Assembly (NCBI GenBank): GCA_965224485.1
Contig: CBDCZH010000016.1
Span: 244,616 to 308,615, forward strand
Direction: 5' to 3'
Length of the DNA stretch: 64,000 nucleotides
From: Arcobacteraceae bacterium
Lineage (GTDB): Bacteria > Campylobacterota > Campylobacteria > Campylobacterales > Arcobacteraceae
The stretch's first letter is position 1. Each line of letters starts with the position of its first letter. Under the pieces are notes generated by a model. It searched no databases, had not been told where the DNA came from, and saw nothing but the letters and a program-made list of their open reading frames with translations. The translations under genes were made by a program, and so were the position numbers. Below are positions 41,122 to 51,370 of the stretch, piece by piece.

Positions 41122-41206
41122 GTATGTATTATTAGGATTTATTTTACTAGTAGTGGTGGTTTCAGCAATTGGATTTTTAAAAAGTTATAAAAATAAGGAA
41201 GATTAA
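41108..41206 (+). CDS. Unannotated 32-aa single-TM protein (MGTLEYVLLGFILLVVVVSAIGFLKSYKNKED)
   Basis: AAGGA RBS; overlaps the rlmN end; its TAA overlaps the gltX ATG. Confidence 0.7.
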   Translation: MGTLEYVLLGFILLVVVVSAIGFLKSYKNKED

Positions 41207-42609
41207 TGGCAATTACAAGATTTGCACCAAGCCCAACAGGTTATTTACATATAGGTGGATTAAGAACAGCACTTTATAGTTATTTATGGGCTAGAAAAAC
41301 AGCAGGTGAGTTTAAACTTAGAATTGAGGATACAGATACAGCAAGAAACAATGATGAAGCTATGAAGGCTATTATTGAAGCATTTGACTGGGTTGGTTTA
41401 TCTTATGATGGTGAAGTTGAATATCAATCCAAAAGAAGTGAAATATACACAAAATATATTAATCAGCTTTTAGAAGAAGGTAAGGCATATAAGTGTTATA
41501 TGAGTAAAGAAGAATTAGATGCTTTAAGAGAAGAGCAAACTTTAAATAAACAAACTCCTAGATATGATGGAAGATACAGAGACTTTACAGGAACACCACC
41601 TGATGGAGTTAACCCAGTTATAAGAATTAAAGCTCCAGTAGAAGGTGATATTTTATTTCATGATGGCGTTAAAGGAGATATGAAATTTGCAGCAAGCGAA
41701 GTTGATGATTTTGTAATTGCAAGAAGTAATGGCAATCCTACGTATAATTTTGTTGTGGCTATTGATGATGCTTTAATGGGTATGACTGATATTATAAGAG
41801 GTGATGATCACTTAACTAATACTCCAAAACAAATTGTTATTTACAATCATTTAGGTTTTGATATTCCAAAATTTGCTCATGTTCCTATGATCAATAATCC
41901 AAGTGGAAAGAAACTATCTAAAAGAGATGGGGCTATGGATGTAATGGATTATAAAAGAAAAGGATATTTACCCGAAGCATTATTAAACTTTCTTGTGCGT
42001 CTTGGTTGGTCAAATGGAGATCAAGAAATTTTTTCTATGGATGAAATGTTAGAACTGTTTGATCCAAAAAATATTAATAAATCTGCTTCTGCTTATAATG
42101 AAGAAAAACTATTATGGTTAAATTCTCACTATATTAAAAATGTATCTAATGAAAGATTAGCAAAAGAGCTAGAAGATTTTGATATGTTTCTTAAAGACCA
42201 TGATAAAAAAGAAATCATCCTTGATTTATCAAAAGAAAGAGCTCAAACTATCGTTGAACTTAAAGATGCAATTAAAAATATTTTAGATGTACCTAAAGAG
42301 TATGATAAAAAAGGGGTAAAGAAGTTTATCAAGGAAAATACACTTGATATGTTAAAATCTTATATAAAAACCTTAGAAGATAAAAAAGAAACTTTACATT
42401 TAGCTTGTGATTATGAACTTTTAACAAAACCTTTTATTCAAGATAATGAATTAAAATTCCCTCAAGTTTTTCAACCTATTAGAATAGCTTTAACAGGTGG
42501 AACACAAGCACCTTCTGTTTATGATATTCAATCAGTACTAGGTTTTGATGAATTCAAAAAAAGATTAGAAACAGCAATTGAAATTAATTTTGGAAAAGAA
42601 GAAGTTTAA
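41206..42609 (+). CDS. gltX: Glutamyl-tRNA synthetase
   Basis: RFAPSPTGYLHIGG, RIEDTD, IRGDDH, KLSKR. Confidence 0.97.
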   Translation: MAITRFAPSPTGYLHIGGLRTALYSYLWARKTAGEFKLRIEDTDTARNNDEAMKAIIEAFDWVGLSYDGEVEYQSKRSEIYTKYINQLLEEGKAYKCYMSKEELDALREEQTLNKQTPRYDGRYRDFTGTPPDGVNPVIRIKAPVEGDILFHDGVKGDMKFAASEVDDFVIARSNGNPTYNFVVAIDDALMGMTDIIRGDDHLTNTPKQIVIYNHLGFDIPKFAHVPMINNPSGKKLSKRDGAMDVMDYKRKGYLPEALLNFLVRLGWSNGDQEIFSMDEMLELFDPKNINKSASAYNEEKLLWLNSHYIKNVSNERLAKELEDFDMFLKDHDKKEIILDLSKERAQTIVELKDAIKNILDVPKEYDKKGVKKFIKENTLDMLKSYIKTLEDKKETLHLACDYELLTKPFIQDNELKFPQVFQPIRIALTGGTQAPSVYDIQSVLGFDEFKKRLETAIEINFGKEEV

Positions 42610-42639
42610 TTATACTTAATAATAATAATATTTGTTATT

Positions 42640-42676
42640 AAAAAGCTCTTTATTAAATTTAAAGGGCTTTTTTTTT
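42640..42676 (+). terminator. Intrinsic terminator after gltX
   Basis: AAAAGCTCTTTA...TAAAGGGCTTTT plus T tract. Confidence 0.75.
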
Positions 42677-42845
42677 ATATAAAAATACAATTTACTTAAA
42701 GAAGTCTATATAATCATTTTAATGCGTACTAGAGCAATAGTTCCTAAATTTAGAACTTTACTATGGATTAAAAAGACAAAAGCCCTAAAATCCACCAAGT
42801 ACTAAGATAAAAACCTAAAACCTAAAAACTTCCAACATTCAAAAC

Positions 42846-43301
42846 TCACTTCTTTCCATTCATATGATTTTCATAAACATCGCTGGATCCATCATTATTT
42901 ATACTTAGAACATTATATGGGTGGATTATTCCATCTTGTTCCATACCAGGACTACCAAGTGGCATACCTCTTACAGTAAGACCTTTGATATTTGGTTTTT
43001 CCTTAAGCATTTTTTTAATAGCCGAATAATCAACATGACCACTGATTACATAAGAATCTGTAATTGCTGTATGACAAGATGAATTTTGTGCAGAGATGCC
43101 TAGTTTTTTGTTTATATTCATAACATTATCAACTAAAACAACTTTTACATCAAAACCTTTTTCTTTCATTAAATCAATCCATGCAGTACAACATCCACAA
43201 TAAGGTGATTTATAAACAGTCATGGATTTTTCAGACATTGCAAAAAGAGAACTAGTTAAAATCATTAGTGTAATAATTATTTTTTTAATACCCAGTTTCA
43301 T
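42846..43301 (-). CDS. DUF411/CopG-like exported metal-binding protein
   Basis: Signal peptide from ATG 43301; YKSPYCGCC, SCHTA, GHV, GMPLGSPGME. Confidence 0.92.
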   Translation of the reverse strand: MKLGIKKIIITLMILTSSLFAMSEKSMTVYKSPYCGCCTAWIDLMKEKGFDVKVVLVDNVMNINKKLGISAQNSSCHTAITDSYVISGHVDYSAIKKMLKEKPNIKGLTVRGMPLGSPGMEQDGIIHPYNVLSINNDGSSDVYENHMNGKK

Positions 43302-43518
43302 TTCTTGTTTCCTTGTAAATTGTATTTTTAATTTCATTATATTGTTGCAAAGATATTTCACCTTTTGAAAAACGCATTTTTAAAATATCAAGTGTACTTT
43401 GCTCAATATTTTTATGTGCAAAGAAACTCTCTTTAATTATAAAAAATAGTAGTATCCAAAAAAACAACATAAAAAGCCCATGATATAATGTCATGTTCAT
43501 ATTCATATATTCCCACAT
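43285..43518 (-). CDS. SHOCT-domain small membrane protein
   Basis: ATG 43518 behind AAGGAG; TM segment, then LDILKMRFSKGEISLQQY. Confidence 0.88.
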   Translation of the reverse strand: MWEYMNMNMTLYHGLFMLFFWILLFFIIKESFFAHKNIEQSTLDILKMRFSKGEISLQQYNEIKNTIYKETRNETGY

Positions 43519-43539
43519 AATATCTCCTTTATTTTGCAA

Positions 43540-43575
43540 AGTATAATAAAATAATGTGTACTTTGTGTGGAGATT
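43540..43575 (-). promoter_or_regulatory. Candidate regulator-activated promoter of SHOCT-DUF411
   Basis: Minus strand CTCCACAC-AAA-GTACACATTA-N6-TATACT. Confidence 0.7.
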
Positions 43576-43627
43576 TTTATTGCATAACTTATGATATAAT
43601 TTTTACAATATCTAAAAAAGGATAAGA

Positions 43628-44287
43628 ATGAAAATACTCTTATTAGAAGATGATTTAATATTAAATGAAATAATACAAGAGCATCTTTTGGAAAAAAAAC
43701 ATGAAGTAATATCAGTATTTGATGGTTTAGAAGCTGAAGATATTTTATATTCACAAAGCTTTGATTTACTATTATTAGATGTAAACGTTCCAAATATAAA
43801 TGGTTTCAAACTTTTAGAAGAACTAAGAGAAAAAGAGATATTCACCCCTGCGATTTTTTTAACTTCTTTAGATCAAATAGATGATGTCGAAAAAGGTTTT
43901 AAAGCTGGTTGTGATGATTATATTAAAAAACCATTTGCTCTTAAAGAATTAGATTTAAGAATTCAAAATATTAAAAGATTATTCAATATTAATACAGATA
44001 AAATAATACAAATAGCAAAAAATATTACTTTAGATATCAGTAATTTAACAATTACCTTAGATGATACAAATATACATATAGCTTTTAAAGAAGCAGAAGT
44101 TTTACAATATTTACTTAATAATAAAACAAAACCTGTCTCAATAGAGGAATTAAGTCTAAATGTTTGGTCTTATGATGATGCTCCCCTTGCATCAACAATT
44201 AGAACATATATAAAAAATTTAAGAAAAATATTAGGTGATGATAGTATTTCTAATATAAGAGGAGTAGGTTATAGATTTAACGCTTAG
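43628..44287 (+). CDS. OmpR-family response regulator (CrdR/CusR-like by context)
   Basis: LLEDD, LDVNVP, KKPF, IRGVGY. Confidence 0.93.
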   Translation: MKILLLEDDLILNEIIQEHLLEKKHEVISVFDGLEAEDILYSQSFDLLLLDVNVPNINGFKLLEELREKEIFTPAIFLTSLDQIDDVEKGFKAGCDDYIKKPFALKELDLRIQNIKRLFNINTDKIIQIAKNITLDISNLTITLDDTNIHIAFKEAEVLQYLLNNKTKPVSIEELSLNVWSYDDAPLASTIRTYIKNLRKILGDDSISNIRGVGYRFNA

Positions 44288-45419
44288 TGAAAAAACAACT
44301 TTTATAAGATTTTTAGTTTTATATTTAGGATCATCTTTGATTTTAATGCTTTTAGTTGCATTTTTTTATTTCCAAAATGAAAGAAGATTATATTTTGATT
44401 TAACTAAATCAAAAATGCAAAATATTACTTCTAAAATATCAGCAAAAATTGTATATGCACATATGACTAATTCTCCTTTAGAAAAAAATAGCTTACTTAA
44501 AAGTAGTGAGTATAAATTAGCCCTATATAATATTAATAAAGAAAAAATATTTGGAGACCTAGAAGATAAAATTGATTTTTCTAAAACATATGTAAAGCAT
44601 GATAAGCATTATATTCTAATTGATGATTCCGCTTTAGGTCATTTAGGAGTTTTTTATATTGTAATTGAAGAAAAAATGTATTTTAAAAGTATTAAAGAAT
44701 TGCAAATAAATATATTACTGTTTTTCCTGGGCATATATTTAATAATTTCAATTTTAGGTTATTATTTAGGAAAACTATTTTTGCGACCAATTAAAGAAGA
44801 GCGAATAAAATTAAATAATTTTATAAAAGATACAACACATGAATTAAATACTCCTATTTCAGCTATTTTGATGTCAACAGAGAGTGATAATTTAAGTGCC
44901 AAACAAATAAAAAGAATACGTATCTCAGCAGCAAGAGTATCTGAAATATATAAAGACCTAAGCTATATCTTTTTACAAGAACATCAAGATAAAAAAATAT
45001 TAAAAAACCTAAGGTTAGATTTGTTAATAAAAGAACAAATGCTACATTTTGAAGCCTTATGTATACAAAAACGTTTAAATGTGAATATAGATTTAGAAGA
45101 GTTTTCTTTTAAAATACATAAAGATGATTTTATAAGAGCCTTTAATAATTTATTATCAAATGCTATTAAATATAATAAAACATCAGGAAATCTTAGTATT
45201 ATTTTAAAAAATTCGTGCTTGGAAATAAAAGATACTGGTTTAGGAATAGAAAAAAATAAATTAAAAGACATCTTTAAAAGATATTATCGTGCAACTACAC
45301 AACAAGGTGGTTTTGGTATTGGATTGAGCATTGTAAAGCATATATGTTTAAAATACAATATAAAAATAGAGGTAAAATCTGTCCCTAATGAGGGTAGTAC
45401 CTTTATTTTATTCTTTTAA
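44271..45419 (+). CDS. Sensor histidine kinase (CrdS-like by context); start uncertain (ATA 44271 or TTG 44337)
   Basis: Two TM segments, DTTHELNTP, NLLSNAIKY, DTGLG, GFGIGL. Confidence 0.9.
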   Translation: MDLTLSEKTTFIRFLVLYLGSSLILMLLVAFFYFQNERRLYFDLTKSKMQNITSKISAKIVYAHMTNSPLEKNSLLKSSEYKLALYNINKEKIFGDLEDKIDFSKTYVKHDKHYILIDDSALGHLGVFYIVIEEKMYFKSIKELQINILLFFLGIYLIISILGYYLGKLFLRPIKEERIKLNNFIKDTTHELNTPISAILMSTESDNLSAKQIKRIRISAARVSEIYKDLSYIFLQEHQDKKILKNLRLDLLIKEQMLHFEALCIQKRLNVNIDLEEFSFKIHKDDFIRAFNNLLSNAIKYNKTSGNLSIILKNSCLEIKDTGLGIEKNKLKDIFKRYYRATTQQGGFGIGLSIVKHICLKYNIKIEVKSVPNEGSTFILFF

Positions 45420-45444
45420 ATAAGAGTTAAACTTTTTTAAAGCT

Positions 45445-45480
45445 TAAGTCCACACTAAGTCCACATTATATAGCTAAACT
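45445..45480 (+). promoter_or_regulatory. Tandem 11-bp direct repeat plus -10 box of the efflux operon
   Basis: TAAGTCCACAC TAAGTCCACAT followed by TAAACT. Confidence 0.8.
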
Positions 45481-45507
45481 TCTTGAAATAATTTAAGGAG
45501 TTAGAAT

Positions 45508-45900
45508 ATGAATACAGGTAAAAGTTTAATAAAAGTGTTTATAGCACTTGTTCTCTCATTTGCTTTTTTACAAGCAGAACCTTTATTGCAAGAAGGCAGT
45601 AAAAATGGTTACGATGTAATATTAAGTTCAACTAAGTCTTTAGTAGTTGGTTCTAATGAAATTTTCATAACCTTATCTAAAGAGGGTGAAGTACAAAAAG
45701 ATATCAAAGTTAAAATCAAATTCTTTATGCCTGAAATGCCAGGTATGCCATATATGAAAGATGAACAAAAAGCTAAGTTAGTAGATGGAAAGTTTAAAGT
45801 ACAAATAAACTTTGCAATGGGTGGAACATGGCAATATCAACTTAAATTCAAAACTTCTGATGGTAAAGTTCATAAAATTAGAGGCAGTGTAAATATATAA
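45508..45900 (+). CDS. crdA: Exported FixH/YtkA-like copper-resistance protein (CrdA-like)
   Basis: Signal peptide, FFMPEMPGMPYM Met motif, MGGTW; first gene of the efflux operon as in Helicobacter crdAB-czcBA. Confidence 0.8.
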   Translation: MNTGKSLIKVFIALVLSFAFLQAEPLLQEGSKNGYDVILSSTKSLVVGSNEIFITLSKEGEVQKDIKVKIKFFMPEMPGMPYMKDEQKAKLVDGKFKVQINFAMGGTWQYQLKFKTSDGKVHKIRGSVNI

Positions 45901-47105
45901 TGCTTAAAAATGCAATTTTCTTTGCATTTTTAACAATCTCTTCTTCTTATGCCCAAAGTATTGAAGAGATTGTAAAATATGCACTTACTAATAATTATGA
46001 TTTAAAAAGCATGCAAAACTCTATCTTGATCGCAAATGAAGAAATAAAAATATCTAAAAATTGGAAAAATCCAACTCTTACTTTAGGTGCAAATGATATA
46101 CAAAGTTCTGATGTATTAGCAAAAGACTTAGAACCAATGCAAGCTAGATATATAGCTTTCTCTCAAGTTATTCCTTTAGGAGATAAACAAGAGTTAAAAA
46201 AAGATTTATCTTTAAAACAAAAAGATATAGAAATATTATCTTTAGAAGATAAAAAACTACAGTTAAAGGCTAAAATATATGAATATGCCTATACTATTTT
46301 AATACTAGAAAAAAAATATCTTTTATTAAATAAATATGAAAAAAATTTAAGCAGTTTAAAAAAACTTTTAAATGCTTTATATGAGAATACAAAAGTAACA
46401 CAAAACTCTATTATAAATACAGATATAAAAATAATCAAATTGAAACTTACAAAACAGAACTTACAAAACACAATTAAAACTTTATATTTAAGACTAGAAG
46501 AACTAACTTTTGTGAAAATATTCAAAATAGAGGCAAGTTTAAAAGTAGAAAAAAAAGATTTAACAAAAGAGTTTAAAAAAAATATTGATACTCATCCTAA
46601 AATATTAATATTACTTGCAAATATTGCTAAAGCACGAATTAGTTCTAAGTTGGAAGAAGCTAAAAAAACCTCAGATATTAAAGTTAATATTGCTTATTTT
46701 TCAAGAGATAAAAAATATAAAGATTATGCAAATTTCTCGCTTAATATTCCTTTGTCAATTTATGGAACAGAAAATATAAAAGTGTTAAAAGCTAAATTTA
46801 AAACAAAAAAATTGCAAGATAATTTAAAAAATCTAGAGCAGAAATTTAAAGTTTCCTTAGATATTTTGCAAAATAATATGAATAATTCTTATTTAACATA
46901 TAACTTATTAGAAAAAACAATTATTCCTTTAAAAAACAAAGTACAAGAAAACTTAGAAACATATAATAGTTTTGATCAAATAAAACCACAAGAGAGCATA
47001 AAAAATTTAAATGAAGTTATTTCATATAAGCTACAAGCTTTAGATGAAATGAATAAGTATTTTACCTTTATGTCTAAATCTATCTATTTTACACAAGGAT
47101 TATAA
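45900..47105 (+). CDS. TolC-family outer membrane factor (CrdB/CusC-like)
   Basis: Signal peptide, ALTNNYDL, WKNPTL, FSQVIP, position in the operon. Confidence 0.85.
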   Translation: MLKNAIFFAFLTISSSYAQSIEEIVKYALTNNYDLKSMQNSILIANEEIKISKNWKNPTLTLGANDIQSSDVLAKDLEPMQARYIAFSQVIPLGDKQELKKDLSLKQKDIEILSLEDKKLQLKAKIYEYAYTILILEKKYLLLNKYEKNLSSLKKLLNALYENTKVTQNSIINTDIKIIKLKLTKQNLQNTIKTLYLRLEELTFVKIFKIEASLKVEKKDLTKEFKKNIDTHPKILILLANIAKARISSKLEEAKKTSDIKVNIAYFSRDKKYKDYANFSLNIPLSIYGTENIKVLKAKFKTKKLQDNLKNLEQKFKVSLDILQNNMNNSYLTYNLLEKTIIPLKNKVQENLETYNSFDQIKPQESIKNLNEVISYKLQALDEMNKYFTFMSKSIYFTQGL

Positions 47106-48127
47106 TGAAAATTTTACAAAAAAGCAGATATGTATTATTGGCTTTATTCTTAGCAGGCAGTTCTTTTAGCCTTGCAGCAAAACCTTTGGATATAAAACAA
47201 TTATTTAATAAAAAACTTATAAAAGTAAAAGAAGAGCAAATAGGAAAAACAAAAAGTTTTTATGGAAAACTTTTATTAGATGAGTCAAAAACTGTTGATG
47301 TTCTTAGTAGATATGATGGTTATATTACAAAATTAAATGCTAATAAACTTTATATGAAAGTAAAAAAAGGTGATGTTTTATTTACTGTTTATTCTGATAA
47401 AGTTCTAAGTATTCAAAAAGAGTTACATGTTTCAAAAACTATAAATAAAAGACTTTTTAGAAGTACTGTTGAAAAACTAGAAGCCTTAGCTATATCAAAA
47501 AGTGAAATAAAAAGAATTATTAAAAATAAAAAAATAAAAAATATTAGAGTAAGAACTACAAAAAATGCTTTAGTAATAAAGAAAAATATAAATAAAGGCT
47601 CATATGTAAAAAAAGGAAAGCTTTTATTACAACTAGCTTCTTTAGAAGACTTATGGTTTGTAGCATCTGTTTATCAAAAAGATATAAGTTTTTTAAAACA
47701 AGATATGAGTGCCTTAATTTATGTAGATGGATTTTCGCAAGCAATAAAATCAAGAGTTGATTATATTTATCCTTTTGTAAATACAAAAACAAAAACAATA
47801 GATGTTAGATTTATTATAAATAATAAAGACTTAAAATTATTTCCAAATATGTTTGCAAAAGTTAAATTAAAAACTACAAATAGAACAATGTTAACCCTTC
47901 CTAAAAGTGCAGTATTAACAAAAGCAGATAAACATTATGTTTTTAAAAGTATTTCAAAAGACGAGTTTGAACCTATTTTAGTAGAAGCTAATAGAATATC
48001 AGCATATAAGTATGAAATAATAGATGGTCTTAATGTAGGTGATGAGGTAGTAAATAATGCACTATTCTTATTAGACTCAGACGCTGTTACTAATTCATTG
48101 TATGATGAAGATGATAGTGATTGGTAA
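47105..48127 (+). CDS. cusB: RND periplasmic adaptor
   Basis: RYDGYITKL, VKKGDVLFTVYS, DYIYPFV, LFPNMFA, LPKSAV, NALFLLDS. Confidence 0.88.
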   Translation: MKILQKSRYVLLALFLAGSSFSLAAKPLDIKQLFNKKLIKVKEEQIGKTKSFYGKLLLDESKTVDVLSRYDGYITKLNANKLYMKVKKGDVLFTVYSDKVLSIQKELHVSKTINKRLFRSTVEKLEALAISKSEIKRIIKNKKIKNIRVRTTKNALVIKKNINKGSYVKKGKLLLQLASLEDLWFVASVYQKDISFLKQDMSALIYVDGFSQAIKSRVDYIYPFVNTKTKTIDVRFIINNKDLKLFPNMFAKVKLKTTNRTMLTLPKSAVLTKADKHYVFKSISKDEFEPILVEANRISAYKYEIIDGLNVGDEVVNNALFLLDSDAVTNSLYDEDDSDW

Positions 48128-48136
48128 GGGATTATT

Positions 48137-51100
48137 ATGGTTGAAAATGTAATTTCTTATAGTATAAAAAATAAGTTCTTAGTACTTTTTACAATTATTG
48201 TTTTAACAATAGCTTCTCTTTGGGCTGTAAAAAATACTTCTTTAGATGCCCTGCCTGATTTATCTCCTCCTCAAGTAATTGTGCAAGTTAAATGGAGTGG
48301 ACAAAGTCCAAGTACAATAGAAGAACAAATTTCTTATCCTTTGATTTCAAATTTAATGTCTTTACCAAATATTGATACAGTAAGAGCCATGAGTTCTTTT
48401 CAAAATGCTTTAATTTATATTATTTTTAAAGATGGTACAGATTTATATGATTCAAGAAATAGAATATTGGAGCAGTTATCTCAGTTACAAGGAACATTTC
48501 CCCTTGGTGCTAGTGTTGCAATTGGTCCTGATGCTACTGGTGTTGGTTGGGCTTATGAGTATGCTTTAAAATCAGACTCAAAATCACTTGAAGAGTTAAG
48601 AACTCTGCAAGACTATTATTATAAATATGCCTTATTAGGAGTTGATGGAGTTTCTGAAATTGCTTCTATTGGTGGTTTTATAAAAAACTATGAAATCACT
48701 TTAGATCAAGATAAATTAGTTCAATATAATTTGAGTATTCAAGATATTAAAAAAGTCTTAGTTTCAAATAATGATGAAAAAGGTGGACGAATTATCTTAG
48801 AAAATGGTTTTGAACATATGATTCAAGCCAAGGCTTATTTAAAAAGTATTGTTGATATAGAAAATATCACTGTTAAAAGTATAAACTCAATTGCTTTACT
48901 TATAAAAGATATAGCAAGTGTAAATATAACTTCAAGTAACAGAAGAGGTATGGTTGATTTAAATGGTGAGGGTGAAGTTGTAGGTGGTATTGTAGTTGTA
49001 CGATATGGGGAAAATCCTTATGCTGTTATAAAAGCTGTTAAAGAAAAGATAAAAAGTATATCAATTCCTGGTGTTGAAGTTATAGAAGTATATGATAGAA
49101 GCTCACTTATTGATAAAGCAATTGATACACTTACATCAACACTTTTAGAAGAGTCTATTATCGTTATGATTATTACAGGTCTATTTTTATTACATTTTAG
49201 ATCAGCTTTAATCATTATAATTACTTTGCCAATAACAGTATTATTAACCTTTTTGTTTATGAAGTTGTTTGGAATGGGTTCTAATATTATGAGTCTAGGT
49301 GGAATTGCTATTGCAATTGGTGCTATGGTTGATGCTAGTATTGTAATGGTTGAAAATGCCCATAAACATCTTGCTGGTAAGACAAATCTTACAAATGAGC
49401 AAAGGACTGAAATAATTATTAAATCAGCAAAACAAGTAGGACGTCCTATATTTTTTGCTCTTTTATTAGTAGTAGTGTCTTTTTTACCTATTTTTGCCTT
49501 AAGCGGTCAAGAAGGAAGACTTTTTACTCCTTTAGCGTTTACAAAATCATTTGCAATGATAAGTGGAGCTATTTTATCTATTACTGTTGTTCCTATTTTA
49601 ATGGTATTTTTTATACGAGGAAAAATTGTAAGTGAAGATAGAAACTTATTAAATAGGTTTTTTATTAAACTTTATTCTCCTTTATTAAAACTCTCACTTA
49701 GATTTAGATACCTTGTAGTTTTTATATTTTTTGCAACAATTATATTAGCTTACCCAGTATATAAAAAACAAAATTGGGAATTTATGCCTATGATGAATGA
49801 GCAGACTTTTATGTATATGCCTGTAACTCCTTATGGTTTAGGAATAGATTTATCTAAAGAAATAACACAAAAAACAAATCAAATTATAAAATCTTTTCCA
49901 GAAGTTTCAAATGTATTTGGAAAAGCAGGTAGGGCAGATACAGCAACTGATCCAGCACCTTTAGCAATGATTGAAACTATTATTAACTTTAAACCACAAA
50001 ATCAGTGGAGAGAAGGTATGACTTATAAAAAATTAATGCATGAAATGGATCAAAAACTACAGCTTGCTGGATTAATTAATTCTTGGACTTATCCAATTAG
50101 AGGTAGAATTGATATGCTTTTAACTGGGATAAGAACGCCTTTAGGTATTAAATTATATGGAAATAATCATCAAAAACTAGAAAGTGTTGCTAAAGAAATT
50201 GAGAATAAACTTAAAGACTTCAAGCAAACCTTATCTGTTTCAAGTGATAAAATAAACTCAGGATATTATTTAAATATAAAAATAGATGAAGAAATGATAT
50301 CAAGATATGGTATCAGTAAAAACGATATTTTAGGAACTGTATCTTTAGGAGTTGCTGGGGCTAAAATATCAACTTTTATAAATAAACTTGAACGTTATCC
50401 TATCTCTTTGCGTTTTAAAACATCACAAAGAGAAGATCTTCTAAGTTTAAAAGCTTTACAAGTTAAAACAAAATTAGGATTTTTTCCACTAGAAATGTTT
50501 GCAAAACTTGCATATGAAGAAGGTCCTTCTGTTATAAAATCAGAAAAAGCATTAAATGTTAATTTTATTTATATTACTCCTAAAACTGGAATATCAGCAA
50601 AACAGTATAAAGATGAAGCCAAAGAGCTCTTAGCAGATTTAGAACTACCAAGTGGTTTTTATTATGAGTGGGCAGGACAAAGTGAGTATTTAGAATCTGC
50701 AATGGCAAGATTGTTATATATTATTCCTTTGACTTTTGTAATTATTTTTATCTTGATTTATTTTGCTCTTAGAAATATAACTTATACAATAATAATATTT
50801 TTTACACTTCCTTTTGCTTTAACAGGGGGAGTGTTTTATTTAGATTTCTTAGACTTTAACTTCTCAATTGCTGTTATTGTTGGATTTTTAGCCCTCTTGG
50901 GAGTTGCTGCTGAAACCTCTATAGTTATGCTTGTATATTTACATGAAGCTATGAATGAATTAATACAAAAATGTATAAAAGTTGAAAAAACACATATCTT
51001 TCATGCCATTTATAAAGGAGCAGTTCTAAGGTTACGTCCAAAACTTATGACTTTGTTTGCTATTTTAGGTGGGTTAATTCCAATTATGTATATAGATGGG

Positions 51101-51253
51101 GTTGGAAGTGAAGTAATGCAAAGAATAGCTGCTCCTATGATAGGTGGAATGATTTCTTCTGCTTTTTTAACTTTAATTATAATTCCATCTATCTTTTTTA
51201 TTCTAGCTATTAAAAAAGATGGCAAAATGTCACAATGTGATAAAGAACATTAA
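48137..51253 (+). CDS. cusA: Cu(I)/Ag(I) heavy-metal RND efflux pump
   Basis: DALPDLS, GPDATGVGW, AIGAMVDA; CusA Met-triad equivalents FMYMP, PLAMIET, RIDMLLTG. Confidence 0.95.
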   Translation: MVENVISYSIKNKFLVLFTIIVLTIASLWAVKNTSLDALPDLSPPQVIVQVKWSGQSPSTIEEQISYPLISNLMSLPNIDTVRAMSSFQNALIYIIFKDGTDLYDSRNRILEQLSQLQGTFPLGASVAIGPDATGVGWAYEYALKSDSKSLEELRTLQDYYYKYALLGVDGVSEIASIGGFIKNYEITLDQDKLVQYNLSIQDIKKVLVSNNDEKGGRIILENGFEHMIQAKAYLKSIVDIENITVKSINSIALLIKDIASVNITSSNRRGMVDLNGEGEVVGGIVVVRYGENPYAVIKAVKEKIKSISIPGVEVIEVYDRSSLIDKAIDTLTSTLLEESIIVMIITGLFLLHFRSALIIIITLPITVLLTFLFMKLFGMGSNIMSLGGIAIAIGAMVDASIVMVENAHKHLAGKTNLTNEQRTEIIIKSAKQVGRPIFFALLLVVVSFLPIFALSGQEGRLFTPLAFTKSFAMISGAILSITVVPILMVFFIRGKIVSEDRNLLNRFFIKLYSPLLKLSLRFRYLVVFIFFATIILAYPVYKKQNWEFMPMMNEQTFMYMPVTPYGLGIDLSKEITQKTNQIIKSFPEVSNVFGKAGRADTATDPAPLAMIETIINFKPQNQWREGMTYKKLMHEMDQKLQLAGLINSWTYPIRGRIDMLLTGIRTPLGIKLYGNNHQKLESVAKEIENKLKDFKQTLSVSSDKINSGYYLNIKIDEEMISRYGISKNDILGTVSLGVAGAKISTFINKLERYPISLRFKTSQREDLLSLKALQVKTKLGFFPLEMFAKLAYEEGPSVIKSEKALNVNFIYITPKTGISAKQYKDEAKELLADLELPSGFYYEWAGQSEYLESAMARLLYIIPLTFVIIFILIYFALRNITYTIIIFFTLPFALTGGVFYLDFLDFNFSIAVIVGFLALLGVAAETSIVMLVYLHEAMNELIQKCIKVEKTHIFHAIYKGAVLRLRPKLMTLFAILGGLIPIMYIDGVGSEVMQRIAAPMIGGMISSAFLTLIIIPSIFFILAIKKDGKMSQCDKEH

Positions 51254-51316
51254 ATAATTAAGAGAAGTATAATCTTTTATTAATATAATATTATTAAGAT
51301 AATAAATTATTTACTT

Positions 51317-51346
51317 AACAATCTCTACACATTAATAGTCTAAACT
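51317..51346 (+). promoter_or_regulatory. Candidate regulator-activated promoter of yceI and the small-protein gene
   Basis: CTACACATTA-N6-TAAACT. Confidence 0.6.
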
Positions 51347-51370
51347 TATATAAACAATAGGAGTTTAACC

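Noticed and set aside
43503..43845. Minus-strand ORFs 43503..43793 and 43612..43845
   Set aside because: Antisense to the response regulator, with no RBS or recognisable motif
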